DNA of 64,000 nucleotides from Acanthaster planci (Eukaryota): NCBI RefSeq assembly GCF_001949145.1, contig NW_019091361.1, positions 3,435,854 to 3,499,853 of the forward strand, read 5' to 3'. Shown piece by piece: positions 33,694 to 48,700 of this stretch (position 1 is its first letter; each line of letters starts with the position of its first letter). The notes under the pieces were generated by a model. It saw only the letters and a program-made list of their open reading frames with translations, ran no database searches and was not told where the DNA came from. The position numbers and the translations under genes were made by a program.

Positions 33694-36600
33694 CACCATG
33701 GACTCCGACTTGCCCACGATGAAGTTCAGTTGACTCAGACTTTTATTCTTGCGGCGACAAATGTGCCCCACCTCTGAGGATTTGCCCTTATTTTTCTATT
33801 TCCTTGTTTTCTCACCTTGAATGTAAGCCTTGTAATGCCCCCAAAGGGTGTGGGTGTGATCTACAGTACACGTACATTGGCACACATTGAATCTATTTGT
33901 CAAGGGGTACCTAACCAGCCATCATCAAGCTGCGTAGACTTGGTTTGAGATTTTCTTTTTGAACCAAAATGAGAAAGGTTGCTGATTTGACGTGTCGTTT
34001 TACTTTCTCGTGCATGTCAGTACATGTTCATGGAGATCAGGCAGTTGGCAAACTATATGTTATTAACACTCCGTATTGTTCTTACTTGAAGGGAAAAACT
34101 TGTATCTGTGAGTTATTGCTAAATATAAACACTTTTTGTCGTTCAAAAATGGACCTACTTCAAAGTGAAACAGATGTCCTTGTGTGTTATCTGCCACTTC
34201 TTACTTAAGCTCTGTACATCTGCACAGAATTTTGGTATGAGAGGCTTTGGTATTCCTCTCTTCAGTAAGTGCACCACATTGTACCTACATGTAGAGATCT
34301 AAATTTGTTTCTGTAATAGAGACCTTCAAATTTGTCTGTTTCTGTCAGTCATTTTTTTCTGTCTCCACACTTGTTGTGGAAAGCACAGGAAGATCCCCAG
34401 ATTAGCACACCTGTGAACTGGGCATGGACTGCTGTGGCTTTGATTGGCTCTGCCAGGAGGACAGGACTGGGGATTAAGAAGCCCTGCTAACTTGCTGTCC
34501 TCACTTCCTGAGGAGGCATTGCCGCTGATATTGTTTGGGCCAAACCCCTAATTAAGGTATAAGACCCGTTTTAAACACATTTGCTGATATGCATCAAAGC
34601 ACCACTTCCCAACTGTCAAGTTTAAGTACCTGTAAATCTGGCAATTCATGGGAAGTAGTAAGGGGATTTTATGACGAGATGATGTAGCCCAGTTACGTTG
34701 TCATCAGTGTACACATGTCCATTGAATGATGTTTCTTTGTTCCCTTGCCTTTGCTGGAAGGGGATATCAAGTTTGTCGTTTCATGGCCATGTAATCATTT
34801 TCATTTCGACAGGACAAGTGTTGTATTTGTTTAGAAACTTGTGTGATGTTTTGTTAGTTTTGCAGCTGAATCCTTGTGCAAAAGAGCAGTTTAAATGTCT
34901 CATCCAGTCAGCTGGTCTTAGCAGTTTTTGCTCATTCAAAATTGAGCCCTCCAGATTTGAACACAAATCTGTAACACTTGTGAACAAATCTTCACATTTC
35001 CTTCCAGTATATTGGGCAAAGTGGAAATATGGGCTCAGGGTTCAGATAGCACCAAGGGCTGTCAGATTAAAAACATTGCCTGCAAGTGGACAGGCATAGG
35101 TTAACCTTGGCTGGAAAGGGACAGGCAGATGTGTCAATCCTGGATGAAACCCAGTATGTGGAAACTTGTGAAAAAATACAAAATGGAATACAAAGCATAA
35201 TCCCATCAGCCTCACTCGCACTAACATCAGAATTTTTGGAGGAAAGAGAGCACTTTCTGTTGACACTGCAGCAGAAAAACAGGGTGCCAATGGATGCTGC
35301 TAATATTGGGGGGGTGCTTAAAATGTGAAGACTGTTTGCTCTTAAAAGTACTTAAGAAGGTGGATGGATGTTTTAACCGCATAGGTAGTCTTTTCATTTG
35401 CAGTTTTTATCACCTTCAGAAGAATTTTTGTTATATGCCTGGAATGTTTTGAAGTTGTCAGTTTGGCCAGTGGAACCTGTGCTAGTGTTCATAACAGATT
35501 ACGTTTGTGACATGGATCTTGGGGTACTCCAGAGAGTATGTTATGAGGATCGTTTGATGACAATTTGGTTACATGATCTTTCAGAAGGCCATTCAGCCAG
35601 TAGAATTCCTCAACTGTATTTTTTCGTTTGGGTTGCTCTCTGAGAGCTCTTTGGGCTAAATCTTTTCCTTGTTTTTGTTGTATTTTTTGGTTAGTTTTCT
35701 TGTAATTCTCTTGCAGTGCCTGGTGATGTAAACGTACTTTGGAGGGAATGTTTTGTTGGTAGTTACTGCAATCTCATTTTCATACAGAATCCAATGACCA
35801 GTGAACACTGAGTTTATACAGCCTTCCTGGAGTCTGCTTTCAAAAAAAGCAGACAGCTTAATTCTAACATTGTGTATGCTCCACATAACCAACAAATAAA
35901 TGCCCAGTCTGCAAAGTAAATGTCTGGTCAATATACTCGTTGATGTTCCAGCTGTTTCTGTGAAGTTTCGCTGAACTGCGCGCTTCAGACATTAGAGAAA
36001 ACCGCTCTGGCTCCACAAACTTTCCTTCAAAGTCCTAAATAAACACTTTGTGTCCACCAACACAATTAACATTCCATTAACTTGAACTTTCGCTTGTTTC
36101 AGACACACATTGTAAAAAGCACTTCAAATGGGCTGACATTTCACTCGGAGACACTGAAGTGGCTTAGATTTATTTTTCTTTATCCCCAGGTTTTGGCTTC
36201 CCTCTTTAAGAATTCTCTCAACAGTTTATCTTTGCCTACAAGTGCTAGCCTGCTTCCGGTATTGACTGGAAAGCCTCTAGTGTTTGTAGAAGGACCCTGC
36301 CGACAGTGGGATACTTTGGCGATTTTAATACCTCGTTCTTGAGATTTTTAAATGGGTCTTGGGGATTGGGTAAAGGGTTGCCCTCACTCCAATTGCATTG
36401 AGCCGTACTGCCAGCAATTCTTTGTTTGTCCAGCAAATCCCGCCCAGTTTTTACAAGCTTATTTGCCGACAAAGCTGAGTATGGTTTTAACCTTTTGTGC
36501 AGCATAGTGTGTGCTTGTAATGAGAACTGGTCCCCCCCACACACACACCCATCCAAACTTGTGTGTGTTTGAATCGATTGGGATGGAGAGAGGAGGATGT

Positions 36601-38118
36601 GGGGAAAGAACTCATTCAAAATTACCCACTTAACCACACACTGGATACATGACTTAAACCGGTGTTGGAAGGCCTGCCCTGAGTTAAGGGGTGTAATAAT
36701 TGTGAGGGTAAAGTCAGGACTGAGTGGTGGGGACTAAATTTGGTTCTCATGTTTTTGGTTCCCATAACGTCTATATATATTTCAACACGTGTTGCCTCTG
36801 TAACCCCTCAATAGGTAATCAAAGTGCCATTATTCGGAAACAGAATGAACACCAAATGAGCACCTCATGAAATGAGATGAAGAAATTCAGTTTTCTCCGT
36901 TTCATTCCCCGTTGTCATTGATGATCCTTGTCTGATGTTTAATGCATTGCTGTTGTGTTTTCATTTTCAAGAGCTAAATGAAGTCCTTTCAAAAGTCAGA
37001 TATCTCAATTATTTTGTAATGTTTTCCAACCATATTTTTATGCAGAAATTCCTAAAACATAGCACAGGAGACACTTTATTCTTGTATTTTTGTCCATAAT
37101 ACCAGTTCACTTACCGGTATTTCTGTTTGCTTTGTGATAAGAAGCTGACAATCCTAAAATAAAATGCACTTCTGCCTTTTTTCCTGTGGTGTCTTTTGCA
37201 TTAAGGTAGCCATGTTGAATTAAGGATGCAGGGTCTTACAAGTCTGGATTCTGTTGATGATTGTAGCAAAAAGATATTGCCTCCACGAAGCATTTGGAGT
37301 AGAGCCCCCACAATCACACTTGAAGATGTTATTAGCTGCCTTGTTTTGCCTACTGTACTGCTAATATCATTATGATAGTGATCCTGAATGGTTGAAGACA
37401 GTCGTGATAGCACCTTTAAAAGAAATTTTACCAGTGAATTATTCTCACTGACTTTGCTCTCAGTTTGTGATTACAAACAAATCTTGGTCTTCCTCCAGCC
37501 AGCCTTAATGCTTCAAGTGGCCGATCTTACTTTGGAGTGTTTCCCCTCTTCTGCCTAATCTTTGAATAAGCGTATCCTCAAGATGTTAAGAGCTTCCCTA
37601 AAGATGGCAAACATGTTATTTTAGAAAATCGCGGCCGCGCGATAGGAGCGATAGGCTATATCGCGTGGCCTTTGGGAGTAAACATTTGGAGTAATTACCA
37701 TAGATGGGGCCGCTTTAACATTGAAATAATTTAGATTAGATGTAGGAAGTGGATAAGGAACAGGTTTGATGTGATGGGATGTTGCCTGAGTTAACAGACA
37801 CCGCAGCTGTAAAGTTACACATAGGATTCCCTGACTGCTATTTTACGCATCTTTAAATGGGGATGGAAAGTATTCCTAAGGTTTCTTTTATCTGAAGTGT
37901 GCATGGTGAAATTTGCTATAGATTTGGGACCTTTGATGAGTGGACCAGAATTTAATAGATGTTTTCATTCATTTAGAGTATGGAAAATAAAAAGAATGGA
38001 TTTGTGTTGAAGGGGGCGGTAGTTGCAATTGAACGGAACACTTCCCAACATCAGTGTGTTCGAGTGGCTAGTATGTGGTCAAGGGTACATCCAGGGGAAA
38101 CAATTGGCATGTTCCTCT

Positions 38119-38206
38119 AACCAACCAACCAACCAACCAACCAACCAACCAACCAACCAACCAACCAACCAACCAACCAACCAACCAACCAACCAACCAA
38201 CCAACC
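38119..38206. repeat. (AACC)n microsatellite, about 22 units
   Basis: Direct observation. Confidence 0.98.
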
Positions 38207-38650
38207 ACTAACCCATCCGTCCACCCACCTGCACCTTTTTGATATACTCAGAGCTAAAAATGTCCTCTTTTGGTTTTGTTTGAGGCCTTACCAACCCCCA
38301 GAAATTTTGCCTCAAGTATCAATTTCTTTAAATGTTGAGACATTTCCCTCAAGAATACCTGTGCAATAACAGCAACCATTTGCTCTCTTTGATAAATTAA
38401 GATCTTCTGAAGGGGTGGGAAACAGGGAGAGAATTACATTTTCTTGAGAGGAACTTTATAGTCAGTTGTAGTATCAACTACAAGGGGAGGGGCGGAGTAT
38501 ATGCCACTGATTTCGTCTTTTGAAAGTTCAAGTTAGTTTTCATTTATTTTTCAACAGCTCAGTACAGTGTTATAACTTTGCAATACTGAGCTGTAGCCAC
38601 CAAATCTTACAGCCAATATCAGATCCAAAACTGTGTTATTTACCTTATTC

Positions 38651-38882
38651 CTATTTGGTTAGCCCAAGATTCCCCTTTCTGTGTGACCATTTAAAACATC
38701 AAACCAGTGCCATTTTCACATTTGTGCTCATAAGAATGTCTTTATATAAAATCTGTCCTGGAATAACTATTTGGTTAGCCCAAGATTCCCCTTTCTGTGT
38801 GACCATTTAAAACATCAAACCAGTGCCATTTTCACGTTTGTGCTCATAAGAATGTCTTTATATAAAATCTGTCCTGGAATAA
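38651..38882. repeat. 116-bp tandem duplication (2 copies, 1 substitution)
   Basis: 38651-38766 and 38767-38882 are identical except CACATTTG versus CACGTTTG. Confidence 0.95.
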
Positions 38883-40266
38883 CAAAGATCTTGGACAGGG
38901 GTGGGAAGGGGCAGCTATGAATTCCCCTCCCCCCGCTCTTTTAGGGTTAAGATCCTTTTAAAACCAAAGAGTTGGCAAAAAATGAGATATCACTCACAAT
39001 ATGCATTCTGAATTCTTTTTAATTCAATCTATGATCATCCAAACATGGCTTGCAACTCTTCAAGAAGAGTGTTACAGCAATGGCTAAACTTGGCCAAGTT
39101 TAAAAGAAAACGTGTTCGACACTTTGTTAATAACATAAGAGTCTAATACAGGCATAAAAACCATAACATTTTGGTACAAACAGAAAAAGTACAGTAAGTA
39201 GTTTAGTGGGGGGAGGACGTAGAAAATAAAAAGTTGTTCACAACAGATTTGTTGTCAATTTCTGAATTTTATCAAATAATGCATTAGCCCTGAATCTATA
39301 CAGTTGATGAGAGACAGGAGGTGGATTTTTTTCACCCTCAATGGCTCTCCCTTGATCCCATAAAATAAATCTCTTTCCTCTTTCCCAGTTCAGTTTGAAC
39401 ATGATCGGACAGGAGTGGTTGAAAGTATGTTGACAATAGTCTTTACGAGTTAAATTTAAATTAAATCTAGTATACTGAGTTATCTGATTACACATAAATG
39501 TAATAATTTGAATTCCTCAGACAAAAGACTCTGGCAAACTTTTGCAAAGCGACCACCATCTCTGGAATGGACTGGTTCCTTTGAGCCCTTCTTATCCATT
39601 GAAAACGGTGTTTTGGTGAAGGCGTCTCTTATGTACATGTAAGCAAAAGCTTGCCCCAAATCACAAGGTATAGCAAAAGCGTCTTTAGTATGGAGAATTC
39701 AAGTTGTTATGTTCACATAAATTTAAAGAACTCAGTGTACCAGATTTTATCGCAAAAGGCTTATTGCTAATAAGGAAGTTGGTTACATCCGAGATCAGTA
39801 TTTAGCCACCAGTCTTTCAACGTAATGGGAACATGGTTCTGAACTTTGGAACATTTTTTCTAATGTCAGTAATTTGGTTTCAAAACATTTGTACTACCAA
39901 AGATACATGCACTTAGTCTTCAAATGTAAAATTAAATATGTAAGTGTTGCTTTATGCAAACTTTAAGCAATTAAAATATTACAGTTCCATCTGAGTAAAT
40001 GCATCCTTGGGTTGAGGGGCCAATCGCATGATTGACTTGAATGGACCATGAGCTAGTTCAGTATTTCAAAAAAGGCAAGGACATTCAAGAACAAAGCATG
40101 TTGTATGGTCATGCTGATGGTGCATACTTTGCATGCGCTGATTGCTGTACCAGAATGAGCTTGGATGCATTTCATTATAAGTATGTGCTGTTGGAATACT
40201 GAAGTGGCTCACTGCACTCCACAGGAATTTTATGGTCACTTAAGGGTCTCAGAGGACCTACAACAG

Positions 40267-40544
40267 GGCCCAATTTCATGATGCTGCTTACCGTTAAGCA
40301 AACTTTTTTGCTTACCCAAAAATTGCTCGACGGTAAGTGTATTTCATGATGAATGTTTCACAATTACTGTGCTAAAATTGCATGGGCGCGCATGGATATT
40401 TCCATTGTCATATCACTATTAAGCCAATTTTTTTTCCAATGTAGGCTAAATGTGCTGTGTGCTGTGCTTAAACGGTCTCCATGATATTCGTGTAGCCTCT
40501 GTAAGCGTAGTATCTCGTGCTTAGCAACGCCATGAAATTGGGTC
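40267..40544. mobile_element. PIF/Harbinger-type MITE
   Basis: Termini GGCCCAATTTCATG ... CATGAAATTGGGTC with CAG on both flanks (3-bp target-site duplication). Confidence 0.7.
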
Positions 40545-42754
40545 CAGATGTATGCACTGGGTTATATGCTCTGTGTATGGCTAAGCATCCTAGTGCCAAA
40601 AATGTAAAAATGTTGCTTACAATGTAGGAGCAATGTACAAGGCTTGTTTGATTGTGGTGTATTCTGACTTTTCGGAGTAGGCTTTACAGTGCCCTCACAT
40701 ATAGTTTTCAGTTCAACAGAACTTGGATTTCATCACGAATCTTTCTTATTGTTTCCCTGTCACTGTGTCATTCTGTTAAAGTTGCAACAAATTGGACATT
40801 GTGAAATGATGACGTAGAGGTGTGAGGTGTGAAAATCCTACCAAAGTCCATGAGGATTCTTGAAATTATCTCTCTTGGGGATCGTTACCAATACCTACAT
40901 GTATCTGGTCAACAGCTCCTTTCCTGATAAAACAGAGGACCCAAGACTGGCATACATGCTTTAGTCCCTCTAAAGCTCTACATAAACAAGCAATATTTTT
41001 TCTTTGAAATTTTAACAATATATTTTGTTCTTTAATGTAAAAACTTTGGTATACTGATCTTGGTTCAAGGTACCATCAAAATAATACATGTACAATTTTA
41101 AGCCATCTTAAGGCAGGAAAATGTCTGTCTTGTCCTAAAGCTATTATTTACAAGAGAAAAAATAAGATTCAACTTGGACAAAAACGTTTGCAAACTGTCT
41201 GTGAAAATCACACAGAGGTTTTGAGAGGTTGAAATGAAGTAAAAGAAAAAGAAATGGTGTGATACTCTTTGAATGGTTTGGTATGCATACACATTATTTC
41301 TGCAAATTTGAAATGGGTCCTCTACGTATCTCAGCTTGGTTTACATACTCAGCTTTCCTCTCCATCTGAAGAATGATTTGGAGGCCATGAAGTGTGTCAA
41401 AACTTCTTCGTTTTGGCTTCATGTCACTGGATGCTTATTGAGCTTAGCTGCTAAAGCCTCTCTGTAGTGGAAGATGTTAAAATTGTGAAAACAGAACAGG
41501 CAAAGTTTGGACGCCACACCCTTTTGATTGAAATGTGCTGATTATAAAATAGCAGTTTGTCCTTGCTTTTGCGCTGACATTGCTTTTGTGAACACACTGT
41601 TGATAAATAGTGTATTTGTTGATTCCTAATTGAAACCTAAAAACTAATAATTACAGAATAAAGCTTAAAAAGGGAACAATGCTTAACTCAAGCTTTAAAG
41701 CTTGTTCTACTAGTTATTTTTTAAAACATTACCAGAGCACTCCAGACAAAATATCCTAAAATCTTGATATATACTATTCTCAAAAGAGCTCATTGTGCAC
41801 ATAATGTGCAAAACACCAATAAATTTAAAAGGATTTGCATTACAAGTTGTAATTCTGTCCACTGTTTGAGACCTTTCAGTCTGTTTCAGAAGCTCCCAAA
41901 AAAGTGAGATTAAACCAGAAATAGTTTTGGGTAACCTCAGTATCTGCTAATATCGAGTGAAGAACTATTAAATGTTAAATGTCTACCCTACAAGTTTTTA
42001 TTGTACATGTAGGCCTATAGCTAACATGTAGCTGCACTTCAACCACCCCTTAATTTCAAGATTCGTAATAAGTAGAATCATATCATGTCATGTGAACAAT
42101 ATGCCAGGCCTTTGCTGTGACAAGTTTTCTAATCCAAACACCCATATACACTTTACGAAAGACAGTAATTGTACTCTGTAAAAGCTGGACTATTTTCATA
42201 TCAGTTAAAGTGTCAATATAAAATGGAGAAGAAAAAGATCAGATAAAACATGTTTGCGTGACTTTTACAAAGTAAATATATTCATCAATCTTGTATTTAC
42301 AAAGCTGATTTCTTATTACAAAAACAAATGAAGCAATACCGAAAAGCTGAAAAGAAAAATCTTCGTAATCTACTTAAAAAACAAAATGACAGTGTGTCAT
42401 GAAATACAAAAGTCTTACTTAAATAGCTGAATACGTTTATAGTCAATGATCTGGTAAATACAAGAAACCAATCAATTTTTTACTTTCATAACTGATTGAT
42501 TTCTAACAACCACTGTCAACTGTATGTCACAAAAACAGTTGAACACTTGTAGGCACTGAACATAAGCATCTTCAATTGGTCTCTTGTACCGGTATTTAAA
42601 CAAAAGATACAAAGCTGATTAGAGTCAAGTGTTGCAAATTCTTAAAAATACATTCACGGTTTATGTGTAGAGACTAAAACAAGGAAATCTATCATCCAGA
42701 CTCCTCTTTCATGCCAGTGTGCGGGCGATAAAGCTGAAATGTGCCAACCACTGT

Positions 42755-45700
42755 CTATCCTGGGATGCAGTCTGGTACCCGGCACTGGAACTTCCCTGAT
42801 GTCTCCTGGAATATGGAAAACACAAACAGAACAAAGGGAGTGACTACATGATTATAACACTTGGACCTATGGGAGCCAATGGCTAGCAGTTGCCATGGTT
42901 TCCTTTGTATACTGCCAGCCTTACTTGGCCCTTGCCGGCATTACGATGTGCACCCATGAACCAGCTCAATTCCCCTCCCCTAGACTTTATGACTGGTGGC
43001 TGTAAGCAAGTATGCGGCCACCAGCATCTACACCTTCAGCCCATGGGCGTCGCCGCAGAAAAGGAGCAAGTTACTCATCAGCAACAAACTGAATCAATAC
43101 AAATGGTGATGGGGGTGAATACCGGGGTATTTTCACACCAATTGATGACTTTCCCCTCCTTTACTCCTTTTTGGTCATTTCTGTGTCTGTATTTTCATTT
43201 TTGGGGGGAGGGAGGGAGTTCAAATGCCCCCCCCCCATGAGACATGATGCTTTAATGGCCTGCCATTTCTTAAAACTCAGCTTTGCACTTCCCCCAACTG
43301 TTATTCAGTGCACTCGTATGTTACGTGCTATCAAATACTTGAAGTTCCTGAAAATGTCAGTCACGTGCCAGTTAGTCATTTTAATGTCAAGTCTTGATCC
43401 TGTGGCATTTTTGTATCACTGAAATGAATCCCCTCAGTTGGTAATTTTGTTAAAAGTCATTCTTTTGGTTTGAATTTATGGCAGGTACTTGTTATTTATG
43501 TATTCTCCATTTGTGTTGACGGAGGTGGATGGAATCAAATAAGCTTTGTACTCTCTGAAGAGAGAAGTTTTTAAAATGTGCAAAGTGTATAAAGTCACTT
43601 CTGTTTAATAATGTCAACATAGAATAGTATTCATATTTGTAGCAGCTGTCGAAAGCCTCTCAAGAACCGCCAACTTGTCATCTGTGTCCATTACTGCATT
43701 TTTTGAGGTGTTCGTGTTGGCAGCTTAATTACAGAGGATATCGGCCTTAAATGCCATAGACTGTCTACATTTTGCCCATGGTTTGGAGCATTTCAAAGGC
43801 AACCGCTCAGAAATCTCTAGAGAAACCAGTTTTTTTCCCCATGCTGCTGTTGTTGGAGTTGTGTTTGGTCACACATGTTTGTCACTTTGTCATGATTAAC
43901 ATCAACCACCTGTTGGACGTGACTGGCAGTCACAAAAGGAGATGGATAAAACAAAGCCCTAAAGGCTTAGAATGAAGCATTTGGGGTAAAACAACACATT
44001 GATGCATATTTTCTTTAAATGAGTTAGCCAGTTTTGAAATGGAACATTTCTGAGGGCACTGAAAGTTCATGGATAAAAATTGAACGGTTCAGATGCCAAA
44101 AAACAGGTAAGTCCATTTTTCACCTTTTAAGAAACCCAGCGTTTAAAAGACACAGATAGCATGACTTTGTATATAAATGTGGAGTGCTTATTTCATCATA
44201 TATTGAACACTTTTGGCAATTTTAATTGAAAAAGAATTTAAATTGTTCAGAAGAAATAATAAATTACACTGTAGGTCAATGGGTTTTCTCCATTTTTGTA
44301 ACTTTGGCTTTGAACTGCATTTGCATCGAAGCTCTTCAATTGCAGTGTCACTTATAGACTGATCTGGTGACAAGAATCAGGAGCCGTTACTGCGGTGTCC
44401 CCACATGCGTGAACAAAAGACATGCACATTGAATGCTTCCTCATCAGCCAATGGGAGCGCACTGCTAACCAAAATCACGTGCTCGTCAAGCTTAGGAATG
44501 CACGTCTGAGTGATGGGGACACCGCAGTAATGGCGTCAGCAAATCAGTCTATAAGGTAGCATTACATCAGAATTTTAACAGCGGTTTGTTTACGATTTCA
44601 CCTTTGTCTCAGGAATTCTCATATGGTGCCAAATTCATTTTTCAATAGGGTCGTGATTTTCTTTGTGCATGAAAAACCTTTCACAAGCCTATGTGATTGC
44701 CTCTGTACAGCCTTCTGCCAATGTTAAGTTTGTACGGGATTGAATGAGAAAAGATTGATGCAGAAAAGCAAAGGAAAAAGTGGACTTTCTACTCAATATC
44801 GTGGTCCTCCTGGGCCTTGTGTTGTCGTTGAGTACGTCCATCGCAACAATGTTATGCCTGAGATTATAGGACTTGCAATGGGCTTATGATGGATTGGCAA
44901 GGAAGTTGATAAGTTTCAATGGACTTGACGGCTAGGCTACCATTTTTGTCCATGGATAAAGACTGTGCACATATTTTAGTATTGTAAAGAGCATGCTTAG
45001 ACCTACCTGGCAGTTCAAGTTGAGAATATATTGTTAGAAAATGTTAAATCACAATTTGTTCTGAAGGGTTTGAATCGGTTCGGACGAACCATGTGCAGGA
45101 TTGGTCAGTAAGAGAAAACAACAGAGTCACAACTTCTGTGAATCTTCCATTTGGCTTGAATCACTAACTGTTAACCTGTTTATTTTCACTTCATTTTTAT
45201 TTCCACTTTCTCCAAACAGAAGAACTTTTTATTAAAAGGAAAATGGTGTGTTGATTTTGACCCCAGAACCATCCGAGGTTGTCAAGGGAAATGGAGGGGT
45301 TGTCCTGGGTCAACTGAAGAGCTATTTGTCAGGTATTCAGGTCATTTTACGGCAAGCTGGGAAACGAGACCTCATTACTCTTTCCAACATCTCAGATTCT
45401 TCAAATTGTGGGAGCATTCCAAAGCAAGTGGGCACTTAATCTAATATCAAGCGCCCATTCATTGTTGAGTATTGTGGTGGCCTGCCTACGATTTACGTCA
45501 ACAGGGCTCAGCTGTAGTCCCCCATATTTACTTTGGGCAGAATATCTCTGAAGATTTGTATATTTGGCTGGGATGTCAGTATGTGGACCTTATATTTAGA
45601 AATTCCAATAAGAGTGAACATGTGAAACATTTTTAGCATGCAGATCCAAATAGCATAAGGGTTTGTGTTTAGCTTCACCAATTATTAAACATGAAAACAT

Positions 45701-48700
45701 TTGATGAATGGTAATGTCTTGCAATGTCAAGTTGTGTGTAGTTTGGATGCTTAAGTGAAAAATACCAGAAATAATCATGAAAGTGATTCGGATTTGGAAG
45801 CCATTACAAAGTTTTTTGTAAATTATTTATTATGCTTCCCAGTAAATTAAGCCAGTATATAGTTCATGACATAATTCATTTATCATCATATGGATGATAA
45901 TATTTAGCCATGTCCAAATTGGGTATCCTGTGGCTATGGCTATAATTTTTGTAATTGGTATGCCACAGAGAACAGCCATTGACAAAGCAACTGTGAATAA
46001 ATCAGACATGGCCTTTGCTGCTAGTCTGAAATCCCAAGGGATTATCAATTTTTTCAGCTTTAAAAATTGGAAAGTATTGAATTTCTGCAAACAGCATGCT
46101 CAGGGGCACTTAATTTCTTTCCAGATTTTGTTTACTGCTCATTCTTGTGTTGTCCTGTTATTATGAGCTTAAACCAGTGGCATGTCCAGACAGTGGGGGG
46201 GGGGCCTTACCCTCTTGGTGATTTTTTTTAGGTATAAAAAGTGCTGGCATTTCAGAAATGGAACTAGCACCTTGTGAGGTTGGGGGGTTAATGAGGATTC
46301 TTTTTATGGATTGAAAAGATTTGGTCATGAATTTGTCGAAAAATTGCCATTCCATCCCCCCCCCACCCAAGACCCAAGACCTGGATTTGCCACTTGCTTG
46401 CCCTTTTATCTGTCTGGGAAGTTTAATGTTTCAATGTGGTGAGACTGAGAATTCTTCTGGTCAGTGCCTGGAAACCCATAGGTAAGCTTAAATGCATCAA
46501 AAACAAAATTGGGTGCAACCAAATGGTGTCAAAGTCAAAGGAAAATCTTAGTAATGATTTGTGAAGTTCATCAAAGATGGGGTCTCAAAAGCTGAAGTTG
46601 AAGCAAGACTCCAGGCTACATTGAAAAGAGCAGCTCGGCAACAGCGTGCGACCTTCACGCGTGATCCAACTAGATACGTCTGCACGACGTGTAAAAAAGA
46701 CTGCCACTCCAGAATCGGGCTCTATAGCCATGCAAGATTCTACCCTGCCCCCCCCCCACGCAAACCATTGCCTTTTGAGACTAGGATGCCGACACATATA
46801 GCACTTGTAACCTTACTAGGAGTCTCCAAATGGTTTGCATATCTATTACCCCTGTTCACTTGGCCATGAGATCAGTAATAGCTGAAATGGTACTGACCTG
46901 TTGGTCTATGCTGGCACACGGCCAGATTGCCTTGGAGCACACCTGCCGTCTTATACACTTTGCAAATTGCCGCATGCAACGGAAGTCATCTCGTCCGCAG
47001 CGCCCACAGTCCGGTTCGAGGGCCACAAACTCACAGGCCATGCAGGACGTGTGCTGGCACTCTCCCTGGCAGCTCTTTTTGCGATCAACATTGTCACTGA
47101 AATGATCAAGCAGAGGGAAAAGAATGAAGCGTTTGTCAGTAAAGAAGTTTTTGTCAGTAAGTTCCAACAGGTCCCCATTACAGCACTTAGTTCAAGCCTG
47201 CACATAATTTTACCCCAGATCATGTGGTCTCTGCTCTGATGCAATACCTGATAGTGAACACAGCATACCGAACACAATTCATTGATAGCAGCCCTTGCCC
47301 AAATCCACAGTCATTAGTTAGCCATTTGTCCCTGGCGGAAGAAGATCATGGTATTGTATCTTGCTGAGGAACACAAGTACCATGGTCATGAACAACCTGA
47401 CAGATACGTGTATCAGTGTCTCGGGACAGGTTGCCCTCAAACCAGTCAAACTGCACACTTGTACTTGTCAATGCTGCCCAATGGCTAATGAATGTGAACA
47501 AAGTGAGCATGTCGTAAAACAACCCTTCCCTTCCCACCTGTAGATGCACCTGCTGTGGTGTTGGGCAGATTTCTACAGGTGTGTGCTTTTACTGGAAGTA
47601 CATGTAAGTGGCATTTCCCTCATGGCCAAGTACCCCATAATTTGGTTACCATTATATAAGAAGAAGTTCTAAGCAAAACCTAAAGCATTTTGCCAACTTG
47701 TGTGATCTTTTCCTACATGATACATGTAGTTTCTTTGCAAGAAAATGAAATGTATATAATGAAAAGCTTTTGCTGTAACCAGAAACTATTTAAGAAGTAT
47801 TGTTTGGAACGCAGGAGTTCTATGTTTCATTTTTTTTGGGAATTAATTAGTTTAAAAGTTGGACCTTGTTTTCAGAAATGTGTTTTGGTATTTGTGGAGA
47901 CAGATTTGAGTATCAATACCTGTTTACCTGTCATTTAGCAGTAAAATTTTTTAAAAAGGTTTTTTAATGATCATGCGACTGTGGTTTGAAATGCCAGGTT
48001 TATGGGCTTTGCACATTGGTGAATGTTTGAGTTTTTTTCAAAGTCTTCAGACCAGAAGTCATGTTACGGAACAACTCTGCCCTGTTATCCCATAATAACC
48101 TGAGACACCACGTCCCTGGAGAACCACAACTCCCCAATCCCAAGTTCAAAGGCATGTCCAGCCAGCAGGCTCAACAACACCCTGAAGCATAAACCCCCTT
48201 TGGTAAACCCCAATAAACCATCAATTATGCTGGTAATTTTGTCTGGCTTCTCCTCTGGCTGACAGAATTATAGGAGTTGTGTGTGAGTTTTGCATAAACT
48301 GTAGGAGGACAGGTGGCCCACTGACCCTGGGGTTTGAGGACAGATCCCAGCAAGGTGTCTGTTGGTTGGGGTTTTTGGTTCCCTATTCTCGGGGATGTTA
48401 CACCACTAGGGAAGGGGACAAGAGAAATTGTGGTGATGTAGCTGATACTTCAGGCTTGGTGAACTTGCTAACTGAAGATTAAAGGTATCTAGAGTATGGC
48501 AAGACCTTGGGGAGGCATCACCCAAATTAATGCGCAGGGTTTCTGAATTGCCACACCCCCCCAAAAAAAGGACTCTAGACCTCTATCGTAGGACAGCCAT
48601 CTTCCTTTTCTATCGTTCAAAGCAACATAGCAGTATCATAGCAGTATCATGATAAAGGTCTATAGTGTGGGGCACAAGCCCTCCCCGAGCCATATTTTAT

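Noticed and set aside
38023..38211. ORF with NQPT repeats
   Set aside because: Translation of the (AACC)n microsatellite.
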